DNA from: Magallana gigas
Lineage: Eukaryota
DNA length: 64,000 nucleotides
NCBI RefSeq assembly: GCF_963853765.1
Contig: NC_088854.1
Location: 1,798,001 to 1,862,000 of the forward strand
Reading direction: 5' to 3'
Shown here: piece after piece, positions 22,187-33,353 of the stretch
Layout: each line of letters starts with the position of its first letter
Position numbering within the stretch: the stretch's first letter is position 1
Position numbers and translations under genes: made by a program
The notes under the pieces: model-generated
Told to the model about the DNA's origin: nothing
Database searches by the model: none
The model's input: only the letters and a program-made list of their open reading frames with translations

Positions 22187-24442
22187 TGGAAGATGCTGTG
22201 GAGTTCTCTAGGATATATATATTTCACATGAAAGTAAAAACTTTTTAAACCAAAAACAGGAGGAAAAGTGGATTTTGTGCTATCTATGAAAACCCTCCCA
22301 TAAATTTTCTTTCAAGACCAAATTTGTCTCCCCGAATCAATATTCACACTGGACAATATTTAATATCGTCTGTATACGGATGACCAGCCTTATCACTTGC
22401 AATATGGAAATCAAACAAAAGCTCTACCGGATAAACTCAATGGCACTCAAACGGCATGACCTCTACCGCTTTTTCTCAAAACATTCGCATATTCTCCATC
22501 TGTATACAAAGATTTCTTAAAAGTCTAGTTCATTTTATTGAACGCCTTTGGTATTCCTCAATAAGCGAAAGTTTATCTAGACCTAGTACTTTATCATACA
22601 CGGCTAAGACCCCGGTCAGGGGATGCTTTTTAGCGACGCTGGCTTTTGGATTGTCCGAGTCATGGACAGGATTAAGTCATTTAGACGTTTTATCACGTAC
22701 TTAGCCGTACCCTGCGACGCCAAAGCGGCGTATGAATGGTCAGTTCTGTGACCCCCGAAACTAAGCTCCAGTAGATATAGAAATCTTAGATCTTTTCAAA
22801 TAGAATAAATGCTATAATTTTGACGCAAACTACTACGGACGATGGATAGTCGGGTTATTTCAAAGAGTGTGGTGGCTATTTGTATCGAGGCAATAGGGGA
22901 AATTAAATATCCTCCAAGTGATATATTTCATGGCACATGTGTGCAAAATCTCATTTACAGTGTTATCTCTGACAAGTTATAAATTAATACGGTTAATAAA
23001 TTCGATCCTACCACAATTCAATGAGTATATTATGAAGTTTAGAGTTATTATGTAGCAAAGGAAAGGAGCGTACAATGTCTGTCGAATCCATCGCACCTAG
23101 GATATTTAAACGACTTATGTGCATCTCATATAATGGAATCTTACATTTGAAGGTGTGCACCACTACATGTATGATATAGAACTGAATTATCTGACCATTT
23201 ACACACATACATTTATACTTTATACTTTTCTTTTTAATTTCATTTCTATGATTATTTTCTTAACATTACAACGCGATATCAAACAATCTCTGACTGTGTT
23301 AGCGCTATTATTTATGAAACGTTATTTTGAATGGGCAAGATCATTTATGTATTTTTTATCGGGATCCGAAGAGTTTTAAATGTTTCCAAACTAATTCTAG
23401 ACCTATTACATAAAATTTTAAAAAATAATGTTTTACCTAAAAGGAAGCAAAAGCAAATTTAAAAAGAAAATTCCCTTCTGATTTGAACACCATCTCAATC
23501 GGGTGTCCTCCGCCTATCACACTGAGCTACGTTGACATATCCTAAATGTTGTGAATAACTTTTATAGTTTGACAAATATAACTAAATTTTTAAGTTTTTT
23601 TGTGAAAACCACGAATTTTGACCCATAATGGGTCTAGACCCCACTTAGATAAATCAATAATAACATTAAAAAAAAGTTATCCTTTTAATGAAAGTACTTT
23701 TAGGATAGAGTCTAGTCCCATTCATACCAAAATATCGCAATTTATGATTTATCACAGTAAATGGTCAAGATTTAGGCCAAAACGTCGTGTGGCTTAATTT
23801 GGAAACGATTATAATACTAGTATGAAAACACGTTATTGACACATGCATCGTGAAAGTTATAGCATAAATATTGTATACAAGCCAAGAATACATATTTTAT
23901 GTACATTCGAACAAGGTCTTTTTTATTGCTTCAAGTAGGGGATATGTAACGCCTTATACGCCCTTGCCCTTCAAAACTCATATATTTGTTTCTAACTTTC
24001 AATTACAGATAACCTCCAATGTTACTGAAGTTTAAAAGTGTACAAAAGTATTCAAAACATCCGCATAAATTTCAAGTCATAAGGAATGAAATACTTCTAT
24101 AGGATGGAGGGGTTGGTGGTCCCTATAGCTTCATGAGCGGATCCAAATTATCCTCCAGGGTGGGGGTGGGGCAACTAAACTACATGTATGTGGCCAGTAC
24201 TTCATGGCCGAATCTAGATTATCCCCCGGGGTTGGGGTAACTATACTATGTGGCTAGTACTTCATGGCCGTTTCTAGATTACCGGGGCGGGGGTAACTAT
24301 ACTATGTGGCTAGTACTTCATGGCCTGATCTAGATTACCCCACGGGGCGGGGGTAACTATACTATGTGGCTAGTACTTCATGGCCGGATCCAAATAACCC
24401 CACGGGGTGGGGGTAACTATACTATGATGGTAGTTTTTCATG

Positions 24443-27400
24443 GGCAATCAGTTTTTAGAACGCAGTTCGCAGTTCGCAATTGAATAGTGAACTGCGTTCT
24501 ATAGAACGCAGTTCGCAATTCAAAATTTAGTGCGATTGAATAGTGAACTGCGTTCTATAGAACGCAGTTCGCAATTCAAAATTTAGAATTCATATTTGGG
24601 GCCCGCTTGCCTTATATGCAATTGAATAGTGAACTGCGTTCTATAGAACGCAGTTCGCAATTCAAAATTTAGAATTCATATTTGGGGCCCGCTTGCCTTA
24701 TATGCAATTGAATAGTGAACTGCGTTCTATAGAACGCAGTTCGCAATTCAAAATTTAGAATTCATATTTGGGGCCCGCTTGCCTTCTATGCAATTGAATA
24801 GTGAACTGCGTTCTATAGAACGCAGTTCGCAATTCAAAATTTAGAATTCATACTTGGGGCCCGCCTGCCTTTTATGCAATTGAATAGTGAACTGCGTTCT
24901 ATAGAACGCAGTTCGCAATTCAAAATTTAGAATTCATACTTGGGGCCCGCTTGCCTTATATGCAATTGAATAGTGAACTGCGTTCTATCTAGAACGCAGT
25001 TCGAGTTCGAAATTCAAAATTTAGAATTCATATTTGAGGCCCGCTTGCCTTATATGCAATTGAATAGTGAACTGCGTTCTATCTAGAACGCAGTTTGCAA
25101 TTCAAATTTAGAATTCATATTTGGGTAGTTTTTAGCTCACCGAAACGAAGTCGGGGGGAGCTTATGCTATACCCTCGGCGTCGGCGTCACAATATCAAGT
25201 ATACGTAAATTAGTGGCCAATGAACCTATCAATACAAAATGTTTATTAAAATTGCACTTCAATGAATATTTAATTTCGTGGATCAACTAAACAATGATCC
25301 ACGAAATTCATATCCTTATCTAGTGACACACCAGTAACTATATTTTTATTCATATGCACTGATAATAAATGAAAATAATATATATATTTCAAAGTACATT
25401 TTATTTATTTTTTATCCATGCTTGCGTGCATGCATATTTCAGCATGCGCAGTCTAATATTTCCGGACACGACTTCCTACTAGACTGTGAAACTTGCAAAG
25501 TTGCGTTAGCGCGACGGCGTGTTAAGCAAAGTTGTGTTAGCGCGACGGCGTGTTGTGCAAAGTTGTGTTAGCGCGACGGCGTGTTGTGCAAAGTTGCGTT
25601 AGCGCGACGGTGTGTTGTGTACATGTGTTAGCGCAATGTCTCGTTTATCTGAACGCGATGTCGCGCTAATGCAAATGGCCCTATCCGGACACCATACAGA
25701 TCTCAAAAACTATAGATTACTGCATCACCAAATTTCACAGTGGTAGTGAAATACCACTAGTAGATGCCCCTGAAAATTTCGGTCCCAAAAAATGAATTGC
25801 GAACTGCGTTCTAGAACGCAGTTCACTATTCAATTGCATATAAGGCAAGCGGGCCCCAAATATAAATTCTAAATTTTGAATCGCGAACTGCATTCTAGAT
25901 AGAACGCAGTTCACTATTCAATTGCATATAAGGCAATCGGGCCCCAAATATGAATTCTAGATTTTGAATTGCGAACTGCGTTCTAGATAGAACGCAGTTC
26001 ACTATTCAATTGCATATAAGGCAAGCGGGCCCCAAGTATGAATTCTAAATTTTGAATTGCGAACTGCGTTCTAGATAGAACGCAGTTCACTATTCAATTG
26101 CATATAAGGCAAGCGGGCCCCAAATATATATGAATTCTAAATTTTGAATTGCGAACTGCGTTCTAGATAGAACGCAGTTCACTATTCAACAATTTGAATT
26201 GCGAACTGCGTTCTAGATAGAACGCAGTTCACTATTCAATTGCATATAAGGCAAGCGGGCCCCAAATATGAATTCTAAATTTTGAATTGCGAACTGCGTT
26301 CTATAGAACGCAGTTCACTATTCAATTGCATTTAAGGCAAGCGGGCCCCAAATATGAATTCTAAATTTTGAATTGCGAACTGCGTTCTAGATAGAACGCA
26401 GTTCACTATTCAATTGCATATAAGGCAAGCGGGCCCCAAGTATGAATTCTAAATTTTGAATTGCGAACTGCGTTCTAGATAGAACGCAGTTCACTATTCA
26501 ATTGCATATAAGGCAAGCGGGCCCCAAATATATATGAATTCTAAATTTTGAATTGCGAACTGCGTTCTAGATAGAACGCAGTTCACTATTCAACAATTTG
26601 AATTGCGAACTGCGTTCTAGATAGAACGCAGTTCACTATTCAATTGCATATAAGGCAAGCGGGCCCCAAATATGAATTCTAAATTTTGAATTGCGAACTG
26701 CGTTCTATAGAACGCAGTTCACTATTCAATTGCATTTAAGGCAAGCGGGCCCCAAATATGAATTCTAAATTTTGAATTGCGAACTGCGTTCTATAGAACG
26801 CAGTTCACTATTCAATTGCATATAAGGCAAGCGGGCCCCAAATATGAATTCTAAATTTTGAATTGCGAACTGCGTTCTATAGAACGCAGTTCACTATTCA
26901 ATTGCATTTAAGGCAAGCGGGCCCCAAATATGAATTCTAAATTTTGAATTGCGAACTGCGTTCTATAGAACGCAGTTCACTATTCAATTGCATTTAAGGC
27001 AAGCGGGCCCCAAATATGAATTCTAAATTTTGAATTGCGAACTGCGTTCTATAGAACGCAGTTCACTATTCAATTGCATATAAGGCAAGCGGGCCCCAAA
27101 TATGAATTCTAAATTTTGAAATTCTAAATTTTGAATTGCGAACTGCGTTCTATAGAACGCAGTTCGCTATTCAATTGCATATAAGGCAAGCGGGCCCCAA
27201 ATATGAATTCTAAATTTTGAATTGCGAACTGCGTTCTATAGAACGCAGTTCACTATTCAATTGCATATAAGGCAAGCGGGTCCCAAGTATGAATTCTAAA
27301 TTTTGAATTGCGAACTGCGTTCTATAGAACGCAGTTCACTATTCAATTGCATATAAGGCAAGCGGGCCCCAAGTATGAATTCTAAATTTTGAATTGCGAA

Positions 27401-27854
27401 CTGCGTTCTATAGAACGCAGTTCACTATTCAATTGCCTATAAGGCAAGCGGGCCCCAAATATGAATTCTAAATTTTGAATTGCGAACTGCGTTCTATAGA
27501 ACGCAGTTCACTATTCAATTGCATATAAGGCAAGCGGGCCCCAAGTATGAATTCTAAATTTTGAATTGCGAACTGCGTTCTATAGAACGCAGTTCACTAT
27601 TCAATTGCCTATAAGGCAAGCGGGCCCCAAGTATGAATTCTAAATTTGAATTGCGAACTGCGTTCTATAGAACGCAGTTCACTATTCAATTGCCTATAAG
27701 GCAAGCGGGCCCCAAGTTTGAATTGCGAACTGCGTTCTATAGAACGCAGTTCACTATTCAATCGCACTAAATTTTGAATTGCGAACTGCGTTCTATAGAA
27801 CGCAGTTCACTATTCAATTGCGAACTGCGAACTGCGTTCTAAAAACCGATTGCC
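24443..27854. mobile_element. 3412-bp Foldback-type non-autonomous DNA transposon with satellite-built inverted arms and 9-bp TSD
   Basis: Termini GGCAATC(A/G)GTTTTTAGAACGCAG at both ends; TSD TTTTTCATG at 24434-24442 and 27855-27863; arms of 86-bp units (left about 24443-25125, right about 25790-27854) in opposite orientation; no ORF. Confidence 0.93.
25495..25640. repeat. 31-bp GC-rich tandem repeat (about 4.5 copies) in the Foldback spacer
   Basis: GCAAAGTTGTGTTAGCGCGACGGCGTGTTGT at 25495, 25526, 25557 and onward. Confidence 0.9.
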
Positions 27855-29047
27855 TTTTTCATGGCCGGATCTAGATAATCCATGGAGTGGGGGTAACTAT
27901 ACTATGTGGGTAGTTCTTCAAGTGCGGATCCAGATAATCCAACGGGTGGGGGGTAAATATACTATGTGGGTAGTTCTTCATGGTCGGATCCAGATCATTA
28001 CCCGGAGTGGGTTGGAGTAACAATACTATAAATGAATTATTGGGTTTTAACATATTTCATTCTTTTGGATGTTGATGATAAGAGGATTGGGTACAAGTTT
28101 GTGAATCCTACAACGTTCTCCCCTTTATAGTTTTAACACAAAACAATATTTAATATCTAAAATATATACAAATTTACTAAAGATAATTAAAACAAGCAAA
28201 TAACCGAAACAACCACAGTTGATATATATATATATTTACAAAAACCACTTTAATGAATATTTTATAATTAAAATCAAATAATAAACGACATGCAATAATT
28301 CTTTATATAAACAATTGCACTATGGATTTTTTTCTCTGTACTAAACATTTGAGTCATTTATACCATTTCTTTATTTTTTTTTTCTAGGAGTAAAGAATTC
28401 TATCCAATCACATCCACTGGGACAAAAGACGATTTTTAGATGATCAATCTACACTTAGTGACGCTATGATTTAAACATATTTTATTGATTTGATATGAAC
28501 ATATTTCAAAGAAAACAAATTGTTCACGCACAAGTTCTGACAACTTAAATAACGAGGTCCTCACAATATTTTGTTGATACTCAAATGGATACTTTGATTC
28601 ATATTATAAATGAGTATATGTACTTTGCAGTATTGCTCTCAAATAGGCAGGTGCCATATAATGATAAATTTTATATTCTAAATACCTTATTTTGACTCAC
28701 CTATTTGTAAGCAATTCCCACCCAGTTTCATATTAATAAAAAGTGAATTAAATTTGATTTTTCCAAGGAAAAAAGGAAAATGGTCATAATTTTCCATGTA
28801 AATTAACATCAGTTTGTGCATTCCTTAGCAACAATTCTAACAAGTAAAACTGTGATCTTTATACATTGGTGGCAAGAGAATCACAAGATAGCGCTGTCTT
28901 CAGTGCCTAGGTACAATTCATTCAGAAAGGCAAGAATCAATCACTAAGTTACATGGACACATTTATTCACACATCTATTACAATCACATCTTATAACAGT
29001 CATATTGCACACAATGAAAGTCAATAACGGTAAACAATACAACAGTT

Positions 29048-31414
29048 CTATCCAGTGAGATATTTTCTTCCATACAGCTGAACTTTTTTCTCAAAAGCTG
29101 GTGAAACAATGGGTTTGTTGATTTCATAAAATGGGTTCATGGAATGCTGCAAATAAGATATTTCATTGAGAAAACTCAATAAAAAACAAAACTTATGTCT
29201 AATATTTTTTCCCATCTTATTTCTTAATTAAGGTAATTTAATGGTTGGGTTTAATTTCCAAAAACATTCCTACCTTGATATACATCTCGTATGTCTCAGT
29301 GAAGAAATTCTTAATACCATCTTCATTTTTCACATCATGTAACATCATAAATCTCATTCCTATCACTTTGTTAAGCAGCATAACTTTGTGCCAATGTAAA
29401 TTCAACATAAGTCAAGAGTCAGCACTATTCATGCCTTATTCACAGTTACTGAATTTCCAGTGTGTTTATTAATGCAGAAAAATGGGAGTGGGTTAAATTA
29501 AAATGAAAATCCATTAATAATCTTACAAATTAACACTACCAAGTACTGTAAATACCTAATTAAACATGAGGAGTGAATATCCATGTTAAATCGCGAGAGG
29601 CGCATCTTGCAGATTTTAAAATCTCGCTTTTATTTTTCTGACAGATGTAAACTAATGAAACTTTGATAAAATTCTGGTGTTCGCGATTTTATCTCTGCGC
29701 GATTTGATGCAAAAGGGTTAAATTGCAGAATTAAATACTCGCAAAAAATAAGGAATCTACAGTATTAAATTTCAAATGCATAACTAATTAATTTTTCTTT
29801 CTTGAAAATTATAATTTTAAAGATTTCCTCTGTAAATGTAATGTTCTAATTTAAGGAAGGGTCACACACAGACAGTAGCCTGCACATACAGTAAGATCAT
29901 AGGAAGGATACTGCTTGCGGTGACGAAGGCGGACACGAACCACTCATTAAACTTATCCACGATTTTGAGGTACATATTATTGGTGGTCCACACTTGTTCA
30001 TCTACCAGGTCCAGCGCCTCATGAGCTACGAACTGGTTCAGGTGTCTGTGGTCATCCTTCTGCGAAAAACAAAACAAGCTGCCTCTAAAAGTATTCTAAC
30101 AGCTTGTAACAATACTAACGTACATGTCATCATGTACTCGTACAACGTGAATGTGTTAGATTTACACCAATCTGATCATACCAAAAAACCAATTATATTG
30201 AACTGAATATTTTAATTAGCACTTATGAATAAAACATGTGTGATGTGATAAAAATCAGCTTTGATCCAACATTAGTTTGTCACTAGACAGCTTCCCAACA
30301 AAATTTAATTCATTAATCAAATTTAATTAATATTAACAGTTGATTGAGAAAGAGAAAATTAAAGAACTAAAGTACTGTCGGCAGTTCATTTTATTGATTA
30401 TTATCAATTTTAAAATTAACGATATGTTATTTTGCCTTGCACGTAGTTTCTAATCTGTATTTGAATTTCGCACATTTTTATAATATGAATTCTGGAACTT
30501 TTCTGACAAGAATTTCGAGAAAACCCCATATGAATCATGTTGTGTAATATTTAAAGATAGAATTTATTCCATCAAACTGTTTATCAGTAATCTAAATGTT
30601 TCTAAAAATTGTAAACATCTGGATCTAAGCAATATTGAACTCTAGTCTCGTACAACCAGACGCTCGGCTGTCTCCTTCAATATCCGACAAACAGAGAGAC
30701 TCACTGTTTGTCAGAGATTTATGGAGACAGCCGGGCGTCTGGTTGAACAAGACTATATTTAACTCTGGAGTAGGAATACACGGAACTACAAAAAAAAATT
30801 CAATTGTTTGTACTATATAAAATCTGACTATTTTCAAGGTATTTATAAATACGTTTCTTTTAAAAACAATGGTACAGCATACAGTACACCGAATTTATCT
30901 ATTATTTTCAAGATCTACGTCTTGTCAGCGGTGATGATTTGTGCTTAGGTCCAAACACTGTTTCACTTTCGGTTTGCCAGAGTAACTGCATAGGAGAGTT
31001 GATTAAAATCAACTCCCAAAAATCTATATCTTAAAAGCCCAGATTTTCAATTTGTTATGTATAGATAATAAAAAAGTGCTCTTTTAATCCACTTATTATT
31101 TTTCAAACATTCATCATCAATTTTTTGCTTTCTTAAATGGTGTTACATTTGAATGGCGGTGAGTTTGTATAGGGGTACAAAACTTTGGTTGTGAGGGAGC
31201 TGACAACATGGAGATGATGGACAATGGGAAGAGTTGTCTGTAATTCCTGCTTTGCTCACGTCAGTAAATGTCTCACTGTAAATCATATTATCATTTATTT
31301 CTTCAGAACAAAAAGTACCTTCGGTTCAGCTGCCCTGTTTGGTGGACAAAACTCCATCTCAAAAATTGGATTGTCCAGGTGTCCAACAATTACAAAGTAA
31401 TAATTTCCCGACAT
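29048..31414 (-). CDS. TRAPPC2: Trafficking protein particle complex subunit 2 (sedlin), about 141-142 aa
   Basis: Exons 31414-31319 ([22 protein letters not shown]), 30059 or 30056-29912 ([23 protein letters not shown]...[20 protein letters not shown]), 29359-29274 ([19 protein letters not shown]), 29146-29048 ([22 protein letters not shown]). These are classic sedlin motifs. Confidence 0.97.
29546..29762. mobile_element. 217-bp TA-TSD MITE (CTGTA...TACAG) inside the U12 intron of TRAPPC2
   Basis: TA|CTGTAAATACC and GGAATCTACAG|TA; a deleted, inverted copy of the same family lies at about 57357-57487. Confidence 0.75.
30643..30755. mobile_element. 113-bp MITE with TAG...CTA termini, ~33-bp TIRs and ~10-bp TSD (AcademH-like)
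   Basis: TAGTCTCGTACAACCAGACGCTCGGCTGTCTCC and its inverted copy; flanks TATTGAACTC and TATTTAACTC (one mismatch). Confidence 0.75.
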
Positions 31415-32699
31415 GATAAACGATGTGCTCTATTGATTGGAGATTCTGGTTTACTTACAGCCTCATTAAATCTGGAAAACATAAAGAAAATTATTCACTT
31501 TTAAAAATATAAACACCAGATGTCAAAACTATACACTGAAAAAATAATATTTATGTTCAAATATATTTCCACAGGCTGTTCATAAATGATCTTTTATCAT
31601 AAAGAGATAAACGTGTGCGAGACTCGTATCACTTAAAACCGTAAATGCAAATGATAAAGTCGTCATACAACGTTTTGAAAGTCATTATTGACAGATGCTG
31701 ACAGAATCGTTACGCTGTAAGATATCAGAATGATCGACTACGCAGCTGTCAATTTCCATTTATTTTGTTTTCAACTGTTCAAGCGTCTTTTTGTTTATCG
31801 TGTACTGCAAAAGTTATTTATTCATGTACCATTTATCTAAATTTCATCAAATATACTTGAGCAGAATTATATAGATTATACAAATAAATTAGTGAATAGT
31901 GATTACCATGTTTACGCCCTCAAACCATCGAACTTACTGAAGAGAAAACTCGAAATGAATTTTTTTTTTACTGTAATTCCGATCCCGATTGTAATTGGCA
32001 TCTAGTTTATGATCTTTGAAATCTTTATCTAAATCTAAAGTTAAAGTCATTTTACAATAACCCATTTGTGACAACCCTCTTTCTTTTATGAAATTTCTAA
32101 AACAAAAAAACCCCTCAGCTTTAAAATAAGTACATCATTAAAAGATTAAAATAATATTTTAAAATCAGGCAATATTTACCTTTCTACAAATGGAAAAGTT
32201 GGAGAGGAAGGAGACGGCAACAAGAATCAGGATGATAAGCAATGGAATGAGGAAGCCTAGAATTGTGAGCATCCTGAGAAGTCTGGGGAGAAAAGACGAT
32301 CGCAATCTGTTACATTTGTTGGGCCTCGTACATCAGAGGACAATTTTTTAAAACTTGCCTGGAAAAAAGAAACATCCCCTTTGCAGAGACTGTATGGAAT
32401 TACAGTGTATTTAGCAAAGGAGTTGCATACTACCTAAGCTTCAAAGTTCTTTTCTATAAGTAAGTTTAAGCTTAAGGTAAAAATTTGCTTTGATAAAATT
32501 GGGGGATAGGCTAGCTCTCTGTCCACTCCCATTACTTTGTGCCTGCACTAAATACATTCACAAAGCTATATCACATATTAATTACGGATAGACATGGTAT
32601 ACACAATAAATGGATGCAGGGAACACGACTATAAATCCCGTAATACAGACACATGGAGAATGATTAGACTAAAGAGGGGACCCAGAAAAAAAAACCCCA

Positions 32700-33290
32700 T
32701 AAAACATGGATAGAGTATAAACCCAGAACATATGGAACATGTATTGGGCATAGACACTTGGAACATGGATATGACATAACCCAGAACATAGACACCTGGA
32801 ACATATATAGCTATATAGGGCATTAACCCAGAAAATAGACACTTGGAACATGGATAGGGCATAACCCAGAAAATAGACACTTGGAACATGGATAGGGCAT
32901 AACCCAGAACATAGACACTTGGAAAATGGATAGGGTATAAACCAAAAAAATAGACACTTGGAACATGGATAGGGTATAAACAAAAAAAAATAGACACTTG
33001 GAACATGGATAGGGTATAACCCCCCCCCCCAAAAAAAAAAATTAGACACTTGGAACATGGATAGGGCAAAACCAAAAAATAGACACTTGGATCATAGATA
33101 GGGTATATACGAAAAAAAAATAGACACTTGGAACATGGATAGGGTGTAAAAAAAAAAATAGACACTTGGAACATGGATAGGGTGTAATCGAGAACATGTA
33201 CACTTGGAACATGGATAGGGTATAATCCAGAACATAGACACTTGGAACATAGATAGGACATTAACCCAGAAAAAAAATCATTTAATATGA
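32700..33290. repeat. 38-39-bp minisatellite (ATAGACACTTGGAACATGGATAGGGCATAACCCAGAAC), about 15 copies, with variable A-tract
   Basis: Period 38 (32835 to 32873); degenerate CTTGGAACA copies continue to about 33690. Confidence 0.92.
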
Positions 33291-33295
33291 ATAGG

Positions 33296-33353
33296 GCCAT
33301 ATCTTTAGTATTTTCCATTGAATCGATTCAATTGAAAATACTAAAGATATGGC
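33296..33353. repeat. 58-bp near-perfect palindrome (one mismatch)
   Basis: GCCATATCTTTAGTATTTTCCATTGAAT-CG-ATTCAATTGAAAATACTAAAGATATGGC. Confidence 0.9.

Larger units (their letters stand above)
24124..28030. repeat. ~60-bp GC-rich minisatellite (about 5 copies left, 3 right) split by the Foldback insertion
   Basis: Unit TACTATGTGGCTAGTACTTCATGGCCGGATCTAGATTACCCC...GGGGTAAC at 24124-24442 resumes at 27855-28030. Confidence 0.85.

Noticed and set aside
22250-22570. Minus-strand frame with protein-like composition (RLLRNLCIQMENMRM...ELLFDFHIAS) broken by several stops
   Set aside because: No motif I can recognise, and stop density is not clearly below chance; a tBLASTx/HMM search would be needed to call it a decayed TE gene.
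24443-27854. CRISPR-like look of regularly spaced palindromic repeats
   Set aside because: No unique spacers (intervening sequence is also repeated), eukaryotic context, no cas genes; the TSD and inverted arms explain it as a transposon.
32629-33318. Hydrophobic repeat ORFs (YPIHVPSV / PYPCSKCL)
   Set aside because: Translation of the 38-bp minisatellite; frames shift with A-tract length.
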